Below are positions 1 to 11,489 of a DNA stretch of 64,000 bases, in pieces. The position numbers were made by a program, and so were the translations under genes. Source of the DNA: Monocercomonoides exilis PA203. Its lineage: Eukaryota; Protista; Preaxostyla. The stretch spans positions 1,178,001 through 1,242,000 of the forward strand of contig LSRY02000027.1 of the NCBI GenBank assembly GCA_001643675.2, written 5' to 3'. The notes beneath the pieces were generated by a model. That model did not search any database, was not told the DNA's origin, and worked only from the letters and a program-made list of their open reading frames with translations. Position 1 is the stretch's first letter. Each line of letters starts with the position of its first letter.

Positions 1-3000
1 CTACCTCCTTACGCACAACGCAGGAACTGCTGCTTTGCATATGTGCGCTCCTTCCTCTGATTCTGCGCATTCGATGTCTGCTTTGCTTCTGGCTTCTTCT
101 CAATCTGCACAGGCGTGTGCCTGCCTCTCTCCAGCAGCGACACGCAGCTTTGTGATAGTGCAGCCATTCTACCAGCCGGAGCTGTTGTGTATTCCGTACG
201 AGCAGTTCTTTTTAAAAAGTCACTAGCACAACATCACGTTTGACTTTGATGGGATGTGTAATGTTCTGTTCCAGCTTGCGGGGCATCTCATTGCGGAAGT
301 TGTGGGGTTTGTTGCGTGCGAGCGGTCGGAGGAGCTTGCAGCGCGGACAGCAGCGCGAGCGCTGGAGAAGGTGGCTGTGCAGATGTTGCACTGTGCGTTT
401 GTTTCTTCGCCGAGCTGGGAAGACAAGAAAAGAGATGGGAAAAGTGGGTGCATGGGGAGAATGGGGCAGTGGCAAGAGGGAAGGCGATGGAGAGGTAGAA
501 CTTTGTTGGAAATGGGCATGAGAAAAGCGCGCGAGAGAAAGGAGACTTGGCAAAAGCTGGTCTTAATGACCGGTCGCGCATTGACGATGCAGTTCCTCTG
601 AAAGATTCCATTTGTTCGATTTTCAAGTTTGCTTTATTTTCTATCTGTCAATCTTTCTTTCTTTCTTTCTTTTTCGATTCACTTACATATTATTTTGTAT
701 TTTTATTGATATTCTGTTTATGTTTTATTTTTCTGTTGAGATATTAATTAATGGAATTCAAATTATATTTTTTTATATGGCAAATTTTCAAAATAATTAG
801 AAATAGATGCAAATACATGGAGCATAAGCAGCTGAAATGAGCGAGGATGCCGTTGAACGTCAAAAGCGAAAAAGAAACAGTTGCATTGAAAGGCAGTGCG
901 CTCAATGGGTAATTGTGGAATGATAGCTTGCAGAAGAATAATTTTACGATTTCTTGAAGAAGTCAGTGCTTTGGATGGCTTTTGAAAGGATTGTATAAGC
1001 TGATTAAAAAACACAGAGCAATGTTGATCTGAGGAACCTAGAATCTGCGCAGCTGTGTGGAAAGGAAAGAAAAAGGGAATATTGCAGTTATTCATCAATG
1101 CTGGGGACAAATTGGCAATGTGCTATGATATTTAATGGTTCGGATGACGTTTTGTCGTTTTTTTTCATTGAAGCATCAGGGTTGATGTGCCAATCATTTT
1201 TAAGTTCATACAGCTGAATTTCTTTGATCTTGTGCAAAGTTGAGGGAATTTTTCTGGAGACTGCTGCTAGATATTTGGCATGTTGCATGAGGACAGACAT
1301 TGGAGAGGAAGGCATAAGTGATGAAAATACAGTTGGGGTGCATAAAGGTTGATCTTTGCTGCATTGTGATGGATTTGGACATCCAGCAGAAGTTCAGTTT
1401 GGAGTTTGACAAGTCTGATAAGTGGCAAAGAAAAGCAGAAAAAGCGTTTTTGATTCATAACAGTCAAGCTGGGCGTGAGATGGCGCGTTCAGTTGAAGTG
1501 TGAATTCGCATTTACAAATGATTTATTTGTTATTTTTATTTTTATTTTCATTTATATTTATTGTGGAATATTCCATCATCTTCTTTTTCAACGAAAGACA
1601 TTCTTGAAGCAGGCCATGATATTCTTTTGAAGTGCCGAATTCGATGAAGAACTAGTTTCTTTGAAGCAAGCGCAAACGAACAACAAATTCGTTGATTCTG
1701 TTTTGAAGAATATGTACCACAAGCTGAAAAGGGAAAGCTCATCGAGAAATTATTCAAGAAGTTTCAGCTAAAGATGCGCATGTGTTTGCATATTGAATTT
1801 TCCAGTGAATAAGGCTGACAGATCTCCAATAAAGCATGCAGCAGAAATTTTGCATTTGAACAGATTTTTAAAGTCAAATGTGAACAATCAATAATAAACG
1901 CTACAAATTTATTCAATTGATCGTATGAGGGAGAGGAAAATGGGGAAACAATGGGGGAGGTTGGAGGACTGATCGAAGAGAAGAAAAGATGATAATGGAG
2001 AGGGTGATTACATGAGAACAAGGAATGAAAAGGAGGAGGAAGAAGAAAAAAGGTGGAATGGAATGAATTGAAGATGTTATTTCAGGAAGGATACGGATGT
2101 TGGAGCAGCTGATACGATTTGGCAGAAAGGCAAAGAAGAGGAAAAGAGGAATGAGGAAAGAGGAATGAGGAATGAAGCCAAAGCTGGATCAGCAATCAAC
2201 AGGGATCTTTGTTTGTAACAAAGAGAGCGGAGTGAGGAGCAGAGGAAAGCTCTGTTTCAACAGGAGCATCATTCAGAAATCCATCTTGTCTTCCCTCCCT
2301 TCCTCTGCTTCATTTCAGCTGCTTTCTTGTTGTTTTCTTTTTTTCTGAAGAAGCTGCTTTTGCAGAATCAAACTTGGGGGATAAGCTCCTTCTTTTAAAT
2401 AAAAAATAAAAAGGAATTGTTTTGTTTTTCATGTTTTTATTCTTGTTCATCGGCACAAATTCCTGTGCCCCAAACAAAGTGAGCTGCAAAACAAAGCATC
2501 CAAATCATTTCACTTTGATTGATGCAACAGTCAAATATATGAAAAATGAAAAATGAAAAAAAAAAGGGCAAATATATCCAATTCAGCAGAGGGAGGTCTT
2601 TGCAGCTTTCCTGCTGAATGGAAGGCGCTTTCGTCTGAACACCTCAAAAGCGAAAAGCGAAAATCAAAAAACAACTGAACAAAAATTAAAATAAAAAAAT
2701 AAATAAATAAGTAAGTAAAACAAATATCAATTACGATAAAACTCAGTTATAACTTCAAAAATAAAAAACAATTGTTAAAGTCGAGTTAAACCTTCCATCA
2801 AAATGGACAAATCAAAACATTATAAAAACATCTAATAATCTTTCAACCATTTTAAATATCCAAAGCCTTTCTCTCTCTCTCCATCCTCTCCTCCACCTTC
2901 AAGCTCTTCCCAAGGCTTTTCTGAAAATAGTGAATGACAAATGAAAAGAATAGTGTTCACATACAAACATAAATACATATATTCATATTCATATGAATTT

Positions 3001-3106
3001 CCTTTCACCAAATGCAACAATATAGTGAACAGCAAATTATGCAAAATGAAAAACTGCAAAATGCAAAAAAGGCTGTCGAATGATTAAAAGTGCAAAATCA
3101 ATTGTT

Positions 3107-3195
3107 AATTCGCAATACAACAAATCAACGAACGTATGGAGCAGGTTTGCTCCTCAATAATGAGTTTTGATCTTAAATTATGCGTAGTGTAAGAT
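3107..3195. repeat. Left ITR of DIRS element
   Basis: Left end gagcaggtttgctcctcaataatgag...ttaaattatgcgtagtgtaag aligns with the reverse complement of the right end, gacaggtttgctccgaaataatgag...ttaaatcatgggtggtttaag. It contains the small hairpin ggagca-ggtt-tgctcc. Confidence 0.8.
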
Positions 3196-3247
3196 TAAAC
3201 TTCGCAAACAATTTTATTTCTATTTCATACCTTTGTCCGCAGTGTAG

Positions 3248-5228
3248 ATGACACATGATACTGTAAGAATGCCAAATAGCGAAGGCGAGGGCAGAGGATT
3301 TGATCATATTCACAGGCTTTCAAGGGCAGAAAACATGATCGAAGAATTCACCAGAAGCCAAGTGTGGCCAAGGCAGTCCGGAGCTACGGGGATGCTGTCA
3401 ATGAAAAAAGATAAGAGGGAACGACTTAGGAGAAGAAGCAGATCGAGATCGAGCGAGTTGGAGTCGGATGCAGAGTTTGGCGATCTGATCGCGAAGCGGA
3501 AACAATGAAAGCGTGAGAGATGGCGGCGTTCAGTTAGCCGCACGAGGAGACGGGAATATGAAGAGGATAGAGAATGGGATTGCTGCAAGAGAAAGAAGGA
3601 ACAGAAGACTTCACAAGAATTTTTCCCAGGGAGTGGTTGACACCCCGGAGACAAGCGAGCGAGTTGAGGAAATTCATTGAGTTCTGTAAGGCGGGATCCT
3701 TACGAATGAATGAGGATAGATTAAATTCATTTATTCCGGAGGGCGAGAAGGAATTTTTCACGGGACACACGGATATAAGCTGGAACGCGCTAGCCAGAAC
3801 ATCCATCATAGCAAATGGGAGAAGAGATTCACTAGAAGCTAGCCGAGTGATTGAACTCCTCCAGCCTGCCCTAGAATCGGGCTTTGAAGCTGCAAAAGCG
3901 ATTGCATCACTAACGGTGAAGGAATAGGAGAAAGCGCACCTCATGGAAGAGGAGAAAGAGCGGCTGAGGGGTCTTTTCTGCTCATACGCCCTGACAGCAG
4001 ACTGTATCAGCCGGATCAATCTATTAAAAGTCAGACCCCAGTCAAGCTGGGAGAACGTAAAGGGTTTCCTTGAAGGGGGAACGTCCAATAACGTCACAGA
4101 GAGCCTGAGGAGGCTTGTGGAGAGCACCAGCTCTTTTTCGTCCAGAGGTGGATATTCCAATGTTCGGATCATCCCCCGTTTCCCCCACAACATTCGGCCT
4201 TATCTCAACCAGGAGTGGGTGCGCAAGAAGTTACAGCACGGGTAGGAATGCTCAGGTTTTCGCTTTCAGACAGCTCCAAAAGCATGGCTTCGATGGGAGC
4301 TTCACGAATTTCAAAGAAAGAAGGAGGTCAATACAAGTCCTTCCACAGCATGCCCCAGCACCAGCTGGGAGAGTGGCATCGATCACAGTTCCCATTCCCC
4401 AAGCTCCACCGAGGATACAGGGAGGATCAGCAACTGGAACAGCTACGTGATCGAGCCAACGGGCTTAGAAGAAGCAGAGAGAGAAGAGAGAGAAGCACTT
4501 TGCTGCAAGACGGAGATGGACAGAATGCTGTCGAATACCGAGAAAGTGACAATGCCAAGGTGTGTCCTATTCAATCGACAGATAGTTACAAGAACGGAAC
4601 CCGCAGAAGTTTGCGAGAACATCGAAGATGTACTGAGCCCGTTCGATTGAGAAAAGAGAATAAATCAAGGAATCTCGAGAGACTACGAGATGGGAACATG
4701 GAGAGAGAACACAGAAGGAGACTCCGTATATTCCAGCAGGACAAGACAGAAGAACGATCGGAAATCCGGGAAGGAGGAAGAGAAAAAAGTATTGAGAGCT
4801 TCTCGGACTGTCTTCGAGTCCCCAATTGGGAGTTTTCAGGAACAAAACTTGTGGAGAGCTATTGTAGATATTCTCGAAGAAGAAGAGAATACACAGACGC
4901 AACTTGGCCACAAGACGCCAGGAGTGAGGGAGAGTATAGTGATTGGACCGTTGAAGGAGCCTCTTCCTGGGAGACTAGTGAACAGGCTGAGCGAGTGGAA
5001 GAAGATTGGGGGAGACAAACTAGTGAGCCGTGGTATAAGAGCTCGATGGAAAAGTCCCCAATCCCCAATCTCATTCAAGGAGAGAAAACACAGACAAGAT
5101 TTTCGTGGGACGACGGAAATGATGAACAATTATTTATCCCTCTTGGAGGAGGAATTGAAGGAAGGAGTGGTGAAGCCCATACTGGAGTCGGAGGTGAAGT
5201 GGTTCAACACAACATTCATGGTGATTAA
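3248..5228 (+). pseudogene. DIRS ORF1 (gag-like), broken by stops and frameshifts
   Basis: Consecutive + strand ORFs 3248-3508, 3574-3927, 3943-4245 and 4215-5228 lie upstream of, and overlap, the RT frame, as in DIRS. Assignment is by position only. Confidence 0.55.
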
Positions 5229-6792
5229 GAAGAACGGAAAGTGGAGGAAGATTCTGGATTGCAGTGTGTTGAACGAGGAAGAACTGGGAAAATAGTTAAA
5301 GATGGATTCCCGGGAAACAGCGGTGGAACTCCTGGAGGAGAACGACTGGATGACTACTCTCGACATATCGAGTGCTTATCAACATGTCAAAGTGGACGAG
5401 CAATTCAGTCCCTATCTGTGCTTCAGCTTTCAAAGTCAATGCTACGCTAACGTAGGGATGTCCTTTGAAGCAAAGGATGCGCCCAGAGTATTCACGAAGA
5501 TAATGAGAAAAGCGGCGTCATATATCAGAGAAAAGTGGAGAGTGAAGCGAGTAATATGTATGGACGACACACTCCTCATGCACCCAGACAAGGAAGTTTT
5601 GAGATTGATCTCACAGGAGATAGCCCAGTTCCTGAGAGATCTGGGCTGGAATCTGTCGGAAGAGAAACTGAAATTGGAACCCACAAGGAGCGTGGAGTTT
5701 TTGGGATGGTTGTGGAACTCAGAGAAGATGGAAGTGACACTCCAAGAAAGGAAGAGAGTGCTGCTCCTGGAGGATGTGCGTACCTGGATAGCACTGGCAA
5801 AGAAGAGGAGTGGACTGAACACGAGAGACTTAGCAGCACTACTCGGGAGGCTGAACTTCGTGAGACTGCAACACCCACCAGCGAGTTTGTGGATGAAGCG
5901 CATGCAATACGTGCTGAGGCAGGCAATAGCCCGCGGAGGCTGGAATGGAGCGGTGATACCCAACCCAATGTTGTTGGGAGAGTTTACACATTGGAGGAGA
6001 ACACTGCTCGAGAACAGACCAAGGAGTCTGAAGAGAAGGAACAGACCAACAGAATTAGCAACGGATGAGTCAGAGCTGGGATGGGGTGCAGTGTTAACAG
6101 TTCCGATTCTGAGCAGAGAGGAGAAGATATATGCCCATGGAAGATGGACCCTCCAGGAGAGTGCGTTAGCGATGAACGAAAAAAAGTCCAGAGCAGTGTT
6201 GAGGACTATAGGAAGGAAAGGAGCATGGCTGCAACAACAGAAGATAGATCATATTCGTCTGAAGACAGACAATATGTCCACGAGATGGACGATACAGCAG
6301 AAGAGGGGAGTGCCATCGCTCATTCCAACACTGAGAGCATTAGAGAAGAAATTGAACAACCTGGACATTACGATACAAACAAAACACCTTCCGGGAGGAC
6401 AGAATACAGAAGCAGATGCACTCAGCCGGATGGCGAAAAAGCCGGACTATGCACTGAGGGGGAAGAAAGTCGCAGAGATATTGCAAATAGTCTCAGCGAG
6501 AACACTTGATTCAATTTCAAAACTGATTGCTCAGGTTCCCTGCGGAAGTACTTGGAGACTATCCTCTCAGAGAAGGAAGAGAGAGATAGAAACGCAAGAA
6601 AACGAGATAGTGACAGTCCACCCGTTCCTGAGAAATATTGGACGGAACCTGAAAGAGAAGATGAACGAATCTCAGAGGGAACTAACGATTCTGATTCTGC
6701 CAGCCTGGCGGGGGCAGACCTGGACCCCGCTTCTGCAGCCTGGGCATTTGATAAAGACGCTGGGGACCTTTCAGGAGTGCATGACACAGTGA
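4690..6792 (+). pseudogene. DIRS reverse transcriptase / RNase H / methyltransferase-like ORF
   Basis: RT motifs: FMVIKKNGKWRKILDCSVLN, LDISSAYQHV, MSFEAKDAPRVF, ICMDDTLL (degenerate YxDD), VEFLGWLW. RNase H: TDESELGWGA, TDNMST, HLPGGQNTEADALSR. C-terminal HPF...ILILPAWRGQTW is typical of the DIRS MT-like domain. In-frame TAG at 5293-5295. Confidence 0.9.
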
Positions 6793-6799
6793 GCGAAGA

Positions 6800-7830
6800 T
6801 GAGAAGGGAAGGCTGGAAATAACCCCCCGGAGAGGAAATAAGCGTAATTCTGGAGAGGAAAATATCCCAGGAATGGACATCTTCCTAACATTGTGAGAAC
6901 ACGTTTGAGCAAAGGACATAGCAGCAGCAATATTGAGAAATCAGAGGAGAGAAAAAGATACGTGGAGAGAGCTGCGAAGATTCAAGCAATTCCTTGATAG
7001 AGAGAGCATGGATGATACGGACACTCTCACAAACAAAGGTGCAAAATGGATTATGGCAGAGTTCACTGAAACACTTTCGAATACGAACTTCTCAAGTGGA
7101 GTGATTCATCAGACAGTTCACAAAGTTCTGGATTCTATTTCCCTTTTCAGAGAGACTAAGATGTATGTAAAAGATATTGATTCATTTCCTAAAAATTTAT
7201 GTTAGAGATAAGCCGAGGTGGGGCAAACAATATAAATCAACGCAGGAATTTACCATAAAAACAAAAGGGGGAAGACACCACATATAACTCAACAGACACA
7301 CAAGCACCACAGAGGAGAGCCTCTATCCTCACAGAAATTTTGTTACGTTTGAGCCAGCTGAGCTGGAGAGATTGAGAGGGGAGACAACGATGCTTAAAGA
7401 TAACTTTGTCCAGACACAAGTATGAGCCAAGATGTCGGGAGGGGTGAAGGTTAAGGTTATCATAAACAGACATCCAAACACACGTATTGATTCTGTTTTA
7501 GCGCTCCAACGTTGGATGGATTATACAAAGACAACTTTAAAAGACGAACATGTGTGGTTCGATATTAGTGAGAATCAACCTGCAAATTTGCAGAGAATCA
7601 AAGAAGAGTTAACAGCGATTCTGAGAGAGAACGGAATACCCGACTCATTCACCGCGTGCTCGATTTGACATGAAGTGATAACACACTTTGCAAGACAACA
7701 AGATGCAGATTGGAAGGCGATCAATGCTTATGCGAGATTGGCACCAAGTTCGAGAGTGGTGCAGGAATATAATACAGTTTTCCGATGCAAGACACAAAAT
7801 GGATCCTGGAGACAATCAGCGGCCCAGCAC
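6800..7830 (+). pseudogene. DIRS tyrosine recombinase (degenerate)
   Basis: FTACSI*HEVITHFARQQDADWKAINAYARLAPSSRVVQEY matches the YR box II layout (xSxR...GRW...Y), with the catalytic Arg mutated to TGA at 7666-7668. The ORF is split over 6933-7205, 7432-7668 and 7675 onward. Confidence 0.75.
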
Positions 7831-8365
7831 CTCGGATTGGAGAAGAAAACAAGCCTGATAAGAGTGGAGAAGCGAAGGAGGGAAGGCTCAAGATTGCAGA
7901 TAAAGATTGGAAAGATCGCACCGAGGAATTACAAAAAGCGGGATTTGAAGAAGGGAAGAAGCTTACGAGAAAGCGATCAAGAGGAAGAAAGAAGCTGCCG
8001 AATGGAGAAGTGAGAAGAGGTGAAATGGCTCAGTCACGAAGCTCAACACCCCGACAACCGAGTCGCCAGAAGATACCCTCCATTATACCCAGAAACATCA
8101 GTGAGCTGACTGGAGAGAAGGATCCAACTCCACTGAAGAAGAGAGGAAAAGATCGGAAGAGGCGTAGTGGAAGAAGAATTGGACAGATAGGTAATGACAC
8201 GGAAAATGCAGGGGCCAGGCCTCTGTCGCTTCAGAAATACACCAAGAGATGCAGGGTGAAGAGCAGGAGTGCAGCACCATCACACGTACGCTCTCAACTC
8301 ATCCGCCGCACTAGAGCGTGCTAGGAAGGGGGTTTTTGATCACACATACGGAAAGAAAAGGGATT

Positions 8366-8470
8366 TCGAGACTCATTATTGAGGAGCAAACCTGCTCCTT
8401 GCGTTTGTAGATTCTCTCCATTGCGAATTGATAAAAACGCAGCGAGACAAGTTTGCTCCGAGATAATACA
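8366..8470. repeat. DIRS internal complementary region (ICR)
   Basis: 8371-8398 is the exact reverse complement of ggagcaggtttgctcctcaataatgagt at the left end, and the match extends imperfectly to aattcgcaa at 3107. The second half (to ~8467) is the reverse complement of attatttcggagcaaacctgtctctctgcgtttataatt at the right end (~9083-9121). Confidence 0.9.
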
Positions 8471-9049
8471 AATGGAGATGGAGAGACTCAAAGAGGCTGG
8501 GTGCGTAAGAGAGAAACATATTAGGAAGAATATGAAGAGGAAAAGGGGGAGATAGCAGAGGAGATAGAAAAAGAATAACCGAACAGAAAGATCCAGCACG
8601 CCTAAACCTGTGTTGAGAAACAGGGAATGAATAAAAAGTATTTAGAAGGATCCTACTCCTTTTTTTGGTGTCGAACAAATGCAAGGAGAAGAATCAGACT
8701 GACCCACACAATGCGTGGTGGGTGGATTAGCTCTGCTGGATTAGCAGAAGAGCGGGAGGCCGAGCACATCACATGCAGTTTTCTTTTCCACGCCTCGTTA
8801 AAGCAAGAGTGGTTTTTCTTTCTGCTCCGTTTTGAGCATTCGCCTCTCCGAATCCCTGTACAGCCTGCAGGAGACAGCTCCGAGTGTCAACGTCCCCTAC
8901 CCTCTGGTCTTCAAGAACATGGAAAAAGGCGAAGTCTGTTGTGAAGTGAAGCGGACAATGCATTATTTTATTTCACAATTTTTTATGTTATTGTTTTGTT
9001 TTTATCTCGCCCCTTTTTTTCCACTTCATATTTGGGAGGGCGAAGTTCT

Positions 9050-9121
9050 CACTTAAACCACCCATGATTTAAATTATTGCTCATTATTTCGGAGCAAACC
9101 TGTCTCTCTGCGTTTATAATT
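9050..9121. repeat. Right ITR of DIRS element
   Basis: Inverted similarity to 3107-3195 and complementarity to the 3' half of the ICR. Confidence 0.8.
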
Positions 9122-10322
9122 AAATTTGTTTTCACAATAGAAATATTCAATAAAATGAATGAAATGATTGCAGAAAAGAAACTTTCGATGGAAAATGCAT
9201 TATTCTTGCTGAAACATATTGGGTATTTCATCGCATTGAAAAATATACTGATCGAAGGCTTTGAATATTCTTTGCTGAAAGCAAGATTTGAGAAGATAAT
9301 ATTTGAGGAATATGAAAAAGGAGATGGAATGGATGAAAATCGGCTGGTTGATCTTTTCGAATGTTTTTTGATATTATGTTTTAACTGTATTTTTGATGAG
9401 TCACTTTTAATCTGTGTGCCTTGTCTGCTGAATGTTGCGTTGAAGAAAGAAAAAGACGAGGAGACTCAAAAAGAAGTGGAAATGGCTCTTTTGGTGCTGA
9501 GTTGTCATGATGAATTTTATGTTTGAGCACTTTTTTTCTTTTTTGACGTTTCTGATTTTTATTTCAATTTTTTATTTGAAACAGCCAGAAGAAATGTATA
9601 TGAATGAAACAAAAGAAATCATTCAGTATCATCAAGAACATCACAATTTGACGCAACTTGCATATCAATCTGCTTGGAGGATTTTGATTATTCTATCGCT
9701 CAGCACAAATTACATTGTAGACGTTATTGCGGATGAGATGAATTTTGTGAGAGAGGCAAGAAGAGAACTGGAAGAATTGGCAAAGTGTGTTGATTGGAAG
9801 AGAGAAAAAGAAGAGAAAATAAAAGGAAAAGGGAGGAAAGAAGAACTTGTTTTGTTGAGATGGCTTTCTTCGATTTTCAGTTTGTTTCAAACGAATATAT
9901 CGACGAATGAAGAATTTGCTGGACTTATCAGCAGTCTTGTTCAGGTATTTAGGTCTGCGAAGGATGAATGCAGAGAAGCAAGCAACTGGTGCATTTATTT
10001 ATTTGAAGAAGTTGCAAAAAATAGATCTGTGGTGGTTGAAAACTTGCTGAAAGACAAGGCAACTGATGCTGTTTTGGAGGAGATTCAGCGGCCAACGTTG
10101 AACGAAAGAGTGGTATTTGAATGCTTGGAATTCTTCATCCATATTTCAAAGGAATTGAAAGAAAAAGAAGAAAAAGAAGAAGAAGAAGAAGCGAAAAGAA
10201 AGGCAATGATACTGGAGTTGTTTGAAAGACTGGAAGAAGAAGGATACGAAGATATCATCATAAGCATTCAAAAAAATATTAGTTACATTTTTAAAGATGA
10301 TGACGTATTTATTTATCTTTGA
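9122..10322 (+). pseudogene. Helical (ARM/HEAT-like?) multicopy family, copy 1, 5'-truncated at the DIRS end; exons 9122-9520 and 9585-10322
   Basis: Family motifs LLKHIGY, CVPCLL, QKEVEMALL.LS, HHNLTQLAYQSAW and LEEEGYEDII are shared with the copies at 40.7, 55.7 and 59.5 kb. GT-AG intron 9521-9584 is at the conserved position. Exon 1 and the first part of exon 2 are absent. Confidence 0.85.
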
Positions 10323-10545
10323 ATATTTTTGTTTATTTTGTGAATGCTTAAGGAAATGAAGTGCTGTGAATATCGTTGAACCGAAATTCAATTCTTATTT
10401 CTTTTTGTTTCATTTCATATGATGAAGTTTATTCTTTTGAGCGGTTTGTTTTCCTTTTTTGATGAAACAAAAAAAAATAAATACAATGATTTAAGCCAAC
10501 AGTTTTTTTTAGAAATAATATTTCAATTTTTTTACACTCAAATAA

Positions 10546-10547
<2 letters not shown>

Positions 10548-10599
<52 letters not shown>
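10548..10599 (+). repeat. Poly(A) run of 52 nt
   Basis: Uninterrupted A tract immediately after aataaat. Confidence 0.95.
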
Positions 10600-10601
<2 letters not shown>

Positions 10602-10999
10602 GAAAAGGTTTTCTTTTTTTGTGTTCAATTTCTCTTTATCCTCTAGAAAAGAAAATCCAAAGATAAAACACAAATCCAACTACAAAGAAAAACTTTAGAA
10701 GTGTTTTATTCTTCAAGTGCAAGTGCTGTCTGTGATTACCTTTTTTGTTTATTCACATTAATTTTTAATGACTTTCCATTTGAAAATGAATCAATAATTC
10801 AAAAACAGACGGCATAATGGAATTATATCGAAGTACTCAAAACTTTTATTTTTCTATTGAGACATATTTATTTGTGTATTCTTACAATCTTTATGTTATT
10901 TAAAATGCAAGAATATGGCAAGCATTTTTTTTAATGAAAAAATAAAAATTTGGGTGAAACTAACGATTTATTGGTTAGATCAAAAAAAATTCTGTGAAA

Positions 11000-11489
11000 A
11001 TGGCGTATCCTGAAGATAAAAAAGATCATAATTTTGAACTTTTGAAAACATTTACTGATGAAGAAAAGGCTTGGAAATTGTTTAATAGATTTGTTTTACA
11101 AGACAAACATCCTGAGTGTGCTATTCACCATAAGAGTTTGGCTTTATTGAATGAAAAAGGAACTTAAAGATATTGGATGTGCTTCAAATGTGACAAAAAA
11201 CGGACAGTTTTCAAAAATACGAGATTAGAAAACAACAAAATTGGCCTGGGCAAATTCTTGTTTATAGTTTTATTTTTATGGCAAGGTCTAATGCAAACTC
11301 AAATAAGCTCTATTATGGAAGTTGATCCAAAAATTGTGGGATATTGGAGTAGTGTTTTACGTTTTGAGTACATGAATATCATTAATCGAAACACTATCAT
11401 GATTGGTGGCGTTGGAAAAACAGTTGAAATCGACGAATGTATTTGGAGAAGAAGAAAGTATAAGAGAGGCTGAAGAAAAAAGCAGATAT
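11000..11489 (+). pseudogene. Merlin/IS1595 (ISXO2-like) transposase, 5' half
   Basis: N-terminal Cys cluster (CAIH...WMCFKC) followed by IGGVGKTVEIDECIWRRRKYKRG, the ISXO2 first-Asp motif. Frameshifts and a stop are present. Confidence 0.88.

Larger units (their letters stand above)
3107..9121 (+). mobile_element. DIRS-type (tyrosine recombinase) retrotransposon, full length but degenerate
   Basis: Order is gag-like ORFs, RT, RNase H, methyltransferase-like domain, tyrosine recombinase. It has imperfect inverted terminal repeats (~3107-3195 and ~9050-9121) and an internal complementary region at ~8366-8470 that matches both ends. Confidence 0.92.

Noticed and set aside
1-2330. ORF-rich, gene-like sequence at the window start
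   Set aside because: Probably decayed genes, but there are many stops in all frames and no motif I can name.
3925-5295. TAA/TAG reassigned to Gln: in-frame TAGs occur in DIRS and all intact genes end in TGA
   Set aside because: The 2.5-kaa and 1.2-kaa ORFs contain no TAA/TAG and use CAA/CAG for Gln. The elements also have TGA stops and frameshifts, so these stops reflect decay.
10811-10830. ggcataatggaatt as the Merlin left TIR
   Set aside because: No convincing inverted partner or 8-bp TSD downstream of 21680; the match near 23621 is only about 10 bp.
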